This document shows positions 1-11,812 of a stretch of DNA of 64,000 bases, piece after piece; within the stretch, counting starts at the first letter, position 1, and each line of letters begins with the position of its first letter. The position numbers and the translations under genes are program-made. The stretch is from the NCBI RefSeq assembly GCF_009914755.1, contig NC_060947.1; one strand, 5' to 3'. The DNA comes from the human T2T-CHM13v2.0 reference genome, Homo sapiens. The notes beneath the pieces were generated by a model. It was not told the DNA's origin. It did not search any database and saw only the letters and a program-made list of their open reading frames with translations.

Positions 1-742
1 TGATGGGCTTTCCTTTGAGGGTAACCCGACCTTTCTCTCTGGCTGCCCTTAACATTTTTTCCTTCATTTCAACTTTGGTGAATCTGACAATTATGTGTCT
101 TGGAGTTGCTCTTCTCGAGGAGTATCTTTGTGGCGTTCTCTGTATTTCCTGGATCTGAACGTTGGCCTGCCTTGCTAGATTGGGGAAGTTCTCCTGGATA
201 ATATCCTGCAGAGTGTTTTCCAACTTGGTTCCATTCTCCACATCACTTTCAGGTACACCAATCAGACGTAGATTTGGTCTTTTCACATAGTCCCATATTT
301 CTTGGAGGCTTTGCTCATTTCTTTTTATTCTTTTTTCTCTAAACTTCCCTTCTCGCTTCATTTCATTCATTTCATCTTCCATTGCTGATACCCTTTCTTC
401 CAGTTGATCGCATCGGCTCCTGAGGCTTCTGCATTCTTCACGTAGTTCTCGAGCCTTGGTTTTCAGCTCCATCAGCTCCTTTAAGCACTTCTCTGTATTG
501 GTTATTCTAGTTATACATTCTTCTAAATTTTTTTCAAAGTTTTCAACTTCTTTGCCTTTGGTTTGAATGTCCTCCCGTAGCTCAGAGTAATTTGATCGTC
601 TGAAGCCTTCTTCTCTCAGCTCGTCAAAATCATTCTCCATCCAGCTTTGTTCTGTTGCTGGTGAGGAACTGCGTTCCTTTGGAGGAGGAGAGGCGCTCTG
701 CGTTTTAGGGTTTCCAGTTTTTCTGTTCTGTTTTTTCCCCAT
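1..742 (-). CDS. L1 ORF1p (partial, 247 codons, open to the window edge)
   Basis: ATG at 742-740. Manual translation MGKKQNRKTGNPKTQSASPPPKERS...AAREKGRVTLKGKPI has no stop or frameshift. Confidence 0.9.
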   Translation of the reverse strand, partial: MGKKQNRKTGNPKTQSASPPPKERSSSPATEQSWMENDFDELREEGFRRSNYSELREDIQTKGKEVENFEKNLEECITRITNTEKCLKELMELKTKARELREECRSLRSRCDQLEERVSAMEDEMNEMKREGKFREKRIKRNEQSLQEIWDYVKRPNLRLIGVPESDVENGTKLENTLQDIIQENFPNLARQANVQIQEIQRTPQRYSSRRATPRHIIVRFTKVEMKEKMLRAAREKGRVTLKGKPI

Positions 743-1197
743 CTTTGTGGTTTTATCTACTTTTGGTCTTTGATGATGGTGATGTACAGATGGGTTTTCG
801 GTGTAGATGTCCTTTCTGGTTGTTAGTTTTCCTTCTAACAGACAGGACCCTCAGCTGCAGGTCTGTTGGAATACCCTGCCGTGTGAGGTGTCAGTGTGCC
901 CCTGCTGGGGGGTGCCTCCCAGTTAGGCTGCTCAGGGGTCAGGGGTCAGGGACCCACTTGAGGAGGCAGTCTGCCCGTTCTCAGATCTCCAGCTGCGTGC
1001 TGGGAGAACCACTGCTCTCTTCAAAGCTGTCAGACAGGGACACTTAAGTCTGCAGAGGTTACTGCTGTCTTTTTGTTTGTCTGTGCCCTGCCCCCAGAGG
1101 TGGAGCCTACAGAGGCAGGCAGGCCTCCTTGAGCTGTGGTGGGCTCCACCCAGTTCGAGCTTCCTGGCTGCTTTGTTTACCTAAGCAAGCCTGGGCA

Positions 1198-1380
1198 ATG
1201 GCGGGCGCCCCTCCCCCAGCCTCGTTGCCGCCTTGCAGTTTGATCTCAGACTGCTGTGCTAGCAATCAGCGAGATTCCGTGGGCGTAGGACCCTCTGAGC
1301 CAGGTGTGGGATATAGTCTCGTGGTGCGCCGTTTCTTAAGCCGGTCTGAAAAGCGCAATATTCGGGTGGGAGTGACCTGA
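1198..1380 (+). CDS. L1 antisense ORF0, truncated to 60 aa by CGA>TGA
   Basis: MAGAPPPASLPPCSLISDCCASNQRDSVGVGPSEPG...NIRVGVT*. The full 71-aa form is visible at 45424-45639. Confidence 0.75.
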   Translation: MAGAPPPASLPPCSLISDCCASNQRDSVGVGPSEPGVGYSLVVRRFLSRSEKRNIRVGVT

Positions 1381-1649
1381 TTTTCCAGGTGCGTCCGTCA
1401 CCCCTTTCTTTGACTCGGAAAGGGAACTCCCTGACCCCTTGCGCTTCCCAGGTGAGGCAATGCCTCGCCCTGCTTCGGCTCGCGCACGGTGCGCACACAC
1501 ACTGGCCTGCGCCCACTGTCTGGCACTCCCTAGTGAGATGAACCCGGTACCTCAGATGGAAATGCAGAAATCACCCGTCTTCTGCGTCGCTCACGCTGGG
1601 AGCTGTAGACCGGAGCTGTTCCTATTCGGCCATCTTGGCTCCTCCCCCT

Positions 1650-2615
1650 CCTTTTTGAATCTTTTTATGATGGCAGTTTTAAAATCCTAGTAATTCCAAC
1701 ATCTGATTTATCTCAGTGTTAACGTTACTCGATTGTCTTTTCTTAAATTGTGAGTTTTCTATTATATCCTGGACATTTTGTCTATTCTGTTAGGAGTCTC
1801 TATTTAAACTTTCTATTTTAGCAGGCAGTCATCTTGTTTAGCCGTAGCATGCAGATCCTCTCCTACTTTTGTCAGCTATCATTCCAGGGAAGTTGTTTTT
1901 GAAAGCTTTTGGTGCTGTTTTGGTCTGATTGGTTTGTCTGTTGCCACTGGGGTTCCTCCTGTTTTCTGCTTGTGCTGCCTAAGGGGAGCAGAAATGGTTT
2001 CCCTAGGCCTGTTGCCCAATGTCTCTCAGGTGGGCATAGAACTTTCAGGCTTGCAGTGACAAAGAGGCTTCCCTGCCTAGTCCCTTGTTTTGACAGGGTC
2101 CGCATCTGGCTGTGGAGATGAAGTGGTCGTCCTGGGATAAGCACTTGTGGCAGGGCCTCTTTTGCTGATGTCTCCTGGTTGCCCATGTCTCTGAGTAGGA
2201 AAGGGTAGAGATGGAGAGCCCTTCGCCTGGCTGCTTATTGTTAGTGGGGAATGCGGGAGTTCTTGATGTCTTGATTAATCCCCCTTGATGATGCTGTCAG
2301 GCTCACCTCTTGTTGGAGGTAATCCTGCTTGATCTAGGGGAGGAATAAGCCTACCTGGGCTGCCTTCTTTTGTTAGGTTGGGGGGTCAAGAAATACCCAG
2401 CCTGGACTGCCACCTTGTTGGGTGACAGGACATAAAACATCTTGCTGCTGTGTTGTTACTCCAGCCCTGGGATCCCAAAACAGTTCTCCTTCATACCACC
2501 TTTCAGAGTTCTCCTTTGGTTGCCACTTGTGTTATTTTCAGGCCTTATGGTTGTACTTAGTGGGAAGGAATAGTGAGAAATGAATCTACGCTGTCTTGTC
2601 TGGACTGGAAGTCCA
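1650..2615 (-). mobile_element. Old L1M 5'-region fragment
   Basis: Degenerate similarity to the L1M 5' region at ~60900-61950 (shared ...ctattttagcaggc motif). Boundaries approximate. Confidence 0.45.
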
Positions 2616-3418
2616 ATCAATCAATAGGGTTTTAGAGTATGAAATTCTCAAGATAGACAATATTTTAGTCAGTCTTGTGTTTCAGTAGCCTACATACTAG
2701 CTTGGTGACTTTGAACAGGACTTCAGTTATTTCATCCACACAACATATATTTAAAGCTCCCAGCCCAAGACCTGGCACAGATGAACCACTCAATAGGTAT
2801 TCAGTCTTTTCCTAGAAATCACCTAGTTCAAACCACCTGTCTTAAATATAAGGTAACAGAGGCCTAGAGAAACAAGGTAGCCTTTCAATTGTGCTGTGCC
2901 TTGCGTATATACCCAAGTAGCATTTTCCTCCCAAAGGCCAAAAGCATACTCCATTAATTCTTGATTTTGTTCCTTACTTCTATATGTAGTTCTAGTTCAG
3001 TTGGACAGGATTTGAAGATTGAAACTAATAATACCAATTTATATTTGAAAAGTACTTCCAAATTTCCAAAATTGCAATTTCCCTTGGTTGTCACAATCAC
3101 AGCATGAGACTGGCAGGGTAGAGATTATTCCTGTTTTGCAAATAAGGAAGCACAGTAAGTCAGGGGGCTGACTAATCCAGAAGTGCTTTCTCATTTAGGG
3201 GCTTCCTTTGACACCCTCTCTCCTGTGAAACTAGGCCTTTACTGAATGACAGGAGGCTGTGAACATAGTTGATTTCAGAGTGCCCAGCTTGCCACACCCT
3301 CAGCCACAGCTAACACAGTGCATTACCTTGGGACTGCAGAGTGAATAAATTCCAAGATCAGGCTTATGTTCTGTACAAAGTACCATGAAAATTTAGAGCT
3401 CAAATTACCCTTAGGGTT

Positions 3419-3807
3419 TGATATGGTTTGGATCTGCGTTCTCACCCAAATCTCATGTTCAATTGTAATCCCCGGTGTTGGAGGTGGGGCTCCTTCATTA
3501 ATGGTTTAGCATCATCCACTTGGTGTTGTTCTGATAGTGAGTTCTTGTGAGATCTGGTTGTTTAAAAGTGTGTAGCACCTCCCTCTTCACTCTCCTGCTC
3601 CTGCTCCAGCCATGTGAGATGCCTCGCTCCCACTTTGCCTTATGCCCTGATTGTAAGTTTTCCCGAGGCCTCCTCAGAAGCCAAGCAGATGCCAGCACCA
3701 TGCTTCCTGGACAGCCTGTGGAACTGTGAGCCAATTAAACCTCTTTTCTTGATAAATTACTCACTCTCAGGTATTTCCTTATAGCAATGGGAGAAAGGAC
3801 TAATACA
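3419..3807 (+). mobile_element. MaLR solo LTR (MSTA-like)
   Basis: Starts TGATATGGTTTGGATCTG and ends GACTAATACA. Degenerate 5-bp TSD GGGTT/GAGTT. Confidence 0.85.
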
Positions 3808-4399
3808 GAGTTTGTTGGTTAAAAAAAATCCTACCAGAATAGATGAAATTGCCCATCTGTATAGGTCACCTCAGGGAAGGCGGTTACCTCAAATTAGAAA
3901 GCAGGTTGCTGAATTCTAACCAATGAAGATAGGGTATAGCTCAGAAAGGCAAGATTGAAATTTGATATAGAAGAAGGCTGTAGCGTGTTTAACAATAGGA
4001 GGGTGGTTGAATAAACTATAGCTCATATAGTGAGATACTATGTGGCCATTAAAATAGCAAAATAAACCTATATTTATAGAAATGGAAAGATGTTCAAAAT
4101 TAAGTGAGACTATTAAATAAGAGTGAACAGTACAGTCCTATTTTGTTCTCTGCATGTAGATTTCTCCCTGCATAGAAAAATTATGATGTCTTCTTTTTTG
4201 GTTCTCGATATTTTAAAAACATTCTATAATGAACAAAGATTTATTGGTTAATTTAGCATAATATATTATATTATAATCTGACTGTCTAAAGACAATATGT
4301 CAAGAGTAGGAAGGGGCTGAATAGAGTTGAAAAAAGAAGCATAAGAGTGAGCACTTGTCAGTGTAATCAGCAGCATCAGGGCTGAAAGTAGGAGGAGGC

Positions 4400-4635
4400 T
4401 GACTAATGCATTTTGACTGTTTTTATGTGCCAGGGACTTTACCAGGTAGTACTTTACATGTTAGCTCTGTTAACTTGCACAACGACCCTGTGTGGTAGGT
4501 ACAATTATCATTCCCATTTTATAGATAAGACGTCTAAGGCTGAGAGAGAGAAAATGACTTGCCCAAAACCACTGGGCCAGTGAATGGCAGAGCCAGGACT
4601 AGAACGCAGGTCTCTCTGTGTTCTACCCACTAGAG
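4400..4635 (-). mobile_element. MIR SINE
   Basis: MIR core: cccattttatagataag...aggctgagagag...gacttgcccaaaaccac...ggcagagccaggactagaacgcaggtc. Confidence 0.75.
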
Positions 4636-5709
4636 GCCCAGATCACATAGTCCCCAGAGAGGGAAGCTCTTTTGAGGCCTGGAGGAAATAACCCCCAAGT
4701 TCATGAGTGAGAATTCTTGCTGGGAGAGGGGGCAGTGGGGGCAGGAGAGAAGGCCCTGAAAGAGGATGAAGAGCTTGGTCTGTAAACAGGTCTGTCCCCA
4801 ATGTGAATGAACAAACTGGTATACTGTCAGCGCTCTTTTGTGAGTTAAGTTGGTGTCAGTCTTGCCCTCACAGCTGGTCACTGACAGTGCTCTTCAGAAC
4901 CAGGTGCCCTGATACCTTTCTTGTCTTATTTTAACATCAACAGAGAGTATTTTAACCTACCTGCAGATCCTGTCTTTGTAAGGTGGTTCATCTGTTGAGG
5001 CTAGGTCAGCGTACCATTTTTGGAGGTATGCCATCTTTTCTTTTATTTGTAGCTAATACACAGTAACCTCACACATGCAAAAGACTGAAGGTTTTTAATT
5101 TTGGATAAAAAACATGGTATCATCCAAACATTTGCAAATTGTAACACAACTGCAGTAGAGGGCCAATGATCTCTGTGGCACTGGACAAAACAACTGGCAG
5201 TGAACATTGTCACTGGGTCACACATCCATACCGCAGTGGTGTAACAGGCTCAAGAAAACACATGACAGGGAATTAAAGTCAATCATTCACACTGTTGTAC
5301 CTTGGCAAGTTCAGACTTGAGCTGCTGTGACAGTGTCAGTCTGTAAACCTGGAGCTAATAAAAAGTCAGGTTCTCAAAGAACCTATATGGTTCAATTCTG
5401 AATTATACATCAGTTGCATGATCTTCATGCAGGTATGTGGCTGACATTAACATATTACAGATAACACTGGTCATATACTTGAATCTTACTTTTAAAGCTG
5501 CCTGATAATATATCCCAGAGAAAAGGCCAATTGCTTCACTTTGGTTTGTATCTCTGGCTTGGCATGTCCCAAAGTACTCATTAAACTTAGCTAGACAATA
5601 TCAAAGTAAGAGGCTTAGCACTAAAAGAGTTTCTAATTTCTGGGACAAATCTTCTTCATCTGAATGCCCAAATAACCTATGAGACCAGATGCTACTAAAG
5701 TTCTAGTAA

Positions 5710-5750
5710 ACACACACACATACACACATACACAGACACACACACACACA
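5710..5750. repeat. Imperfect (CA)n microsatellite
   Basis: acacacacacatacacacatacacagacacacacacacaca. Confidence 0.9.
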
Positions 5751-6729
5751 AATAGCTATACTATGAGTTATATTCCAGAAGGACTGAACTTGTTAGCTGT
5801 TCCTAAGCCAGAGGCATTGTCAAACTATAATATACAACATGCTCTGCTTCAGAAACAGAATATGTGCTCTGCATTCTCATTGGCATTCACAAAATGAAGA
5901 CACCACCCTGTCTGCAAATGCAAGTGAAGTGGAGACTTGGCGGCACTTTATGTGAACTGGTATGGCCAAATGCATGTGAATTGGGACCAGAGGACATGGG
6001 TCTTTGAACACTGATTATCTATGACTTTGGTGTATGTTTCTCACCTGACAGGTGAGAAATCCAGTGTTGCTTCAGCAAAAGAAGCAAAAGAGAGATAAGG
6101 ACTGATCTGCCTCAGGGATATATTAAGGGGAGAGAATACCACCCGTCATCCTTCACTCTCTAAAAGAAGAGAAAACCCAGGACTACATATCACAACAGAG
6201 AAAAATGTTGACAAAGAAAATACACAACTCACAGCATTCTTAAGGAAACAGTTTCTACCAGTGTAAAAGCCTTAAAAAGAAAATATATTAGCCCCAGTAC
6301 CACTTGGAAAAGACTTTTGGACCTTATTGTGAACAATTTAATCTCAAGGAGCACATGAAATTTTAAACAACCGGAATGCTGGTAATCATGGATAGGTATA
6401 TACTTTTTTTGTTGAACTGGCCAGGTATATTTCTGTATTACTCTCTTCCTCCGACCCTTCCCACCTCCTTCTCCACAACTGGGATTCTGTAAAGGCTGGT
6501 GTAGAGCCCTCTAAAAAGTTAAGAGTACAAAGCCATGAAAATGGTTGAAGGGTTAATAAAGCTTTGGAAGAGAAAAAAGCTTTTAGGTTACCCCCAATGC
6601 TTTAAAAAGCACCAAGAGACAGGACACCAGACTTAATATGGAAGCCACTGGTTTCACACATGCCAACTTCCGAGCATATTTTTGTTCAGCTCCTGCAAGA
6701 CCCATGGGTCTAAATGAGACAGCTGCTTT

Positions 6730-6757
6730 TTTATTTTTGCTTTTTTGTAATATGTTC

Positions 6758-6805
<48 letters not shown>

Positions 6806-7251
6806 TAAGTTTTAGGGTACATGTGCACAACGTGCAGGTTTGTTACATATATATATATGTCATGTTGGTGTGCTGCACCCATTAACTTGTCATTTAACAT
6901 TAGGTATATCTACTAATGCTATCCCTCCCCCCTCCCAACCCCACAACAGGCCCCGGTGTGTGATGTTCCCCTTCCTGTGTCCATGTGTTCTCATTGTTCA
7001 ATTTCGACCTATGAGTGAGAACATGTGATGTTTGGTTTTTTGTCCTTGCAATAGTTTACTGAGAATGATGGTTTCCAGCTTCCTCCATGTCCCTACAAAG
7101 GACATGAACTCATCATTTTTTATGGCTGCATAGTATTCCATGGTGTATATGTGCCACATTTTCTTAATCCAGTCTATCATTGTTGGACATTTGGCTTGGT
7201 TCCAAGTCTTTGCTATTGTGAATAGTGCCACGATAAACATATGTGTGCATG
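6730..7251 (-). mobile_element. 5'-truncated L1PA (PA4/5-like) 3' end with (TAT)n tail
   Basis: ORF2 C-terminus [27 protein letters not shown] plus 3'UTR. 14-bp TSD GAGACAGCTGCTTT at 6716-6729 and 7252-7265. Confidence 0.92.
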
Positions 7252-10200
7252 GAGACAGCTGCTTTCAAAGCACACTTCTCTTTTATGAAAACAGTCACAA
7301 ATCGCAGAGAGTGTAACATGCTTTTACTTGCATTGACATGTAAAGGAGACAAGGGCTGCCAAGACTGGTGACAATACTAGTACTTCCTATTTAAGGGGAA
7401 GGCAAAGACTGTCAGTATCACAGCCAGGGAATCAGAGAAGACATGTTTTATAGGGCTTGAAAAGTAAGTTTTTTGTTTTTGTTTTTTGCTTTGGAAAAGT
7501 TTCTATGCCACCATCAAATACTTTGAAATCACAACTGCTTTTAAAAGGACAAGAAAACAAGAGTCCATTATGACCTCACATCTTTCCATTTGTCTGTTTT
7601 TGCCTGACAGCTCAACCATTTCTTCACAGTATATTTAAAAAAAAAAAAAGGAATAACATGTAAGGGTTAAGCCTTGTCTTTCTATTTGTTTTTAAATGTG
7701 TACATAGAAAGGCAGGTTTAGATTTGGCACTTAGAATAAAGCAACCAGATTTGGTTGGAATCATATCTGTCTGTATCATACAAAGAATTCTCAGAGTGAG
7801 ACGCCTAAAGGTGGGGTAAAGATTTGGTTTAGATATCACTAAATCATACACATTGGAAATTAATAAAGTGAGAATTATCTTCCTAGGTATAAACCAATCT
7901 GGAGTACAGTAAACCCCTTTTGAGAAGGATATTTTAACATAAAGGTAATTTACATTACCCTACACAATTGTTTAGAAAAAGGACACTTAATGAAATACTC
8001 TCATAGAAAGATTTCCCAATAGTATATCAAAGCCTAATTACCATCAAGAAGAGTTGGGTGTTTAATAAAAGCCAGTATGTAACAAAGAACTGACATGATC
8101 ATCTTTAGTTATTAAACTTCTCTTTCTACTAAATTAAGACCAAGCTTAAATAGTTACCAATTAGGTTTGAAAAGCACCTCTTAAAAAGACTTGGATTCCT
8201 TTTGGCTAGAAGTGTTCTGAGAAAGGTCTCACTTCCAGTGAAGTGTGAGGGGTATCTTAGACAAAAGGTGTTTCATGCATGTTGGCAGGCAATGACAACT
8301 GACTTGCTGGTAATTGAACATAATTTCTAAGGGTACTTTCCAAAGATACACATGTCTAATATATGCACCATAAGCTTTAGATTCTTGTAGTTAGTTCTAT
8401 ATAGAGTTTCAGGTTTTCTTTCATAAAGCAAACCTTATTCGTGAATTTATTCTTTAAAACGTCAAACTGTTAGCTGTTATTTGTTACTTAAAATTGTTTT
8501 ATTTATTACTGTGATAAATCTGTCATTCCATAAACTAAGTAAATAATTAATGAATTTTTAAAACAGTGGCCACAGTAGAATCTGAGCATGGTCACAAGCA
8601 CAGGAACAGAGCCTGCCTCATGCATAGAAAAGATAAGCAGTAACCCCAGGCCTGTGAAACTTGTGTAGAAAGTAGGCAGAGGTCAGATTAGTGGATGACA
8701 GTGGCAGGTGGTTAAATGCCTTCCTATTTAAGTAGAGTAGTCACATGAGAATGGAATTTCTGCTTGGGGAACTGGAAAGGTAGGACAGTGGGTGAAGGGA
8801 GTCACATTTCTTTCACAGGATAGGTGCTATATCAGAGTATGAAGTGAAAGCCATTAATAGATCATCTTTTCTAGTATTCCTGGCAACTTGCCTTAAAGAG
8901 TCTCCTCACTATTGCTGGGCTCCTACCTATAGATAGCTAATCTGCTTTTAATAGTGTGTAAATACCTGGATTCCATCTTTTTCTTCTCTCAGATTTTTAA
9001 ATCCAACTGTAAAACTAAAAGGTGTTTGGTGTTGAGAATAAATAGTTGATTTTCATGCAGTTTATTTTTTAAGTTCTGTATATTTTATACGTAAGCAATA
9101 ATGTGGCATGTTGGGGAATAAAAATATCAAAGACCAAACAAATTGACCTCACAGATTTTGAGACTGAGATTGATCCCATGGCCTTAGATAATTAACAAAA
9201 TAATCCAGTCTTTTAAAAATGTTGTTTTCGCTTTTGGAAATACCAGGGTTGTGGTTTACTACTTCTTAGTTTAGAATTATTTTGAAAAGACCTTCCTTTC
9301 ACTATTGACTAATTTTGTTTTTGATCTAAGACATAAGATTAGGTACTATGTACTGTCCCTGTACAGATCTTTAGGAATAAATCAAGACTCTTTAGTTTTT
9401 TATAGAATTTGCAAAAACTACTACATCTTGCCATTTACCTTTTTACTTTCAGCTTCCCTGAAAACTAAACACACTCTATCCAGAACATCATGCTAGTTAA
9501 TGAACTGCAAAATACAGATTGAGATATGGGAGAAAGATCTGGGAGCAAGATCCAGAATGGCTCACTGGAGGCAGATTGGTACCATCATCCTTTTTGGCAA
9601 CTTCCTTCACAAAGCCAGGAGTAGATGTAGCCTCCAGATTAAAACGGTGTGCACAAACCCCATTTTTTTTTCCCAAAAGAAGTCAAATGACAACTGGCAA
9701 CATCTGATAATTTAGGTTATATAAAGCAAGGACTAAAGCATGGAAAGAGGAGGACCAGAGAGATAAAAAAAAAAAAAAAGGAAATCGTCTTGATGCTTTA
9801 AAATTATAGGATCAAGGCAGCTATCAAGAATATGTAAGTAAAATATGGCCCTTATTTATTAATGGGAAAGACCCAAATAAATTAGGAGTTATTCAAAAAC
9901 AAAAAATTAAAAATTTACCAAGAGGAAGTAAATAGAAAAATGACTCCTGCTTACATATAAAAAAAGACAACCAAAATGATTTAGAGTTCTTCCACTAAAG
10001 AGGATGTTTTGGGTCTACAGTTTACAGCTAGAGATAAGAAATCAAGGAGCTATCCTGGCACTCCTCTCCTATATTTAAATTAAACCCTTAAAAGGCACCT
10101 CTTTCTTTCAAAGGAAAGCACCTAATGAGGTAATCCTTTAGAGATTTCTATGTGCACAACTGGATGTGATAATCAAGGGATGCCTCTTTAAGTCATCTAA

Positions 10201-10523
10201 TGTTTTAGCTTAAGCCAAATATAGAGTATTTGGAACAGATTTTGGGTGAAGACCTGGATTCTGTTGGCATTAAGAGTTCTGGAATTGCTGAGAATATACA
10301 GAGCATGACCCAAACTGACTGAGGCCTATCCTACTCTCAGTATGTGGAAGTAGCAAAATCATGACTGAATATCCAATAGGACAGATGAAAAACCCATCAA
10401 GTGTATCAACCCCTAGGAGAAAAACTGGTGTTTAAATAAAAATACATCCTTTTCCCCAGAAGTATCTGGATCTGCTATCAGAATGGACTTTTTTCAAAAC
10501 TGTACATTAGCACAAGGTGATAA

Positions 10524-10874
<351 letters not shown>

Positions 10875-11372
10875 CTAAAAAATCTACAAACCTCATGTGA
10901 TATCTAGATAAGCAAAACCACTTGTCTTCATAAAAAGACCTAAAAAGGGTCCTATTTTGCACAAACCCAGATGGGCACACAGACCATGTCTCAGTCTGAG
11001 TCTGAAGCACTGAGATTTTCAGTTACTTCCTAAACTGATGCAATTAATGTTACTAATTCAAACCCCATTAATTTGAAATTTATAATTTTAGACTGTAGTG
11101 GATTCAAGTTTACCTATGGGCTATCTATGAAAAAAGGAATTGGCTAAGTATTATAACAAGACCTAGCTGGGGTGTGGGTTGGGGAAAGCAAGTGTTGTAA
11201 CTTAAGAAAACTTTCCTTACATGTTTCAAACCACCAAGCACCCATGCACTCATGCTAACAATTAAGCATCATTTTGATTTCCTTCTCAGGAAAATATTGT
11301 ATGTCTCCATTGGCAATAATGTTAGCTAACATCCCATGACTAAGCATACCTGAAAGTAAAATTTTCTTTCAA

Positions 11373-11378
11373 TTTATT
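11373..11378 (-). terminator. MTMR8: Probable MTMR8 polyadenylation signal AATAAA
   Basis: TTTATT on the + strand, ~435 nt downstream of the stop codon. It is the first canonical hexamer I see after the stop. Confidence 0.65.
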
Positions 11379-11812
11379 CTGCAATTCACAGTTACCTGCT
11401 GTATACCATCTCTCCATACCCTCAAAAGGGTCATTATTGACCATTGTGACAATATTTCCACTTCACTTTCACATTACTGCAGTGAGGATAGAAAATAGGG
11501 CAGGTCGATCATTAAGGAAAACAGACAGTAGAACCAGCTTAATATGTGTCTCAGCTGAGAGGCAACATTTCTATAGTTAAATCCCATTTTAGAACAATAA
11601 CATATTCTTTCTCTTGCCTACACTCTGTACTGCTTAATATGAACATATTGGTCACTTAATCAGTAAAGTAATTCCCTTCCAGACTTAAGTGGGGAGAGGG
11701 GTGCCCTGGCTTCACCCACTTAAACCAATTGGAAAAGCAGCATAGCCCTCTCTGGGACAAGAATCATTGTAGCTGCTGTAGGTATACCTAGCATGGAAGA
11801 TGAGTAACTAAC

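Larger units (their letters stand above)
1..1648 (-). mobile_element. 5' part of a very young LINE-1 (L1HS-like): complete 5'UTR plus ORF1, running off the left edge
   Basis: Minus strand begins GGGGGAGGAGCCAAGATGGCCGAATAGG with the YY1 site intact. The 5'UTR is CpG-rich and lacks the ~129-bp segment seen in the older L1 at ~26.9 kb. ORF1 reads ESDVENG. Confidence 0.93.
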
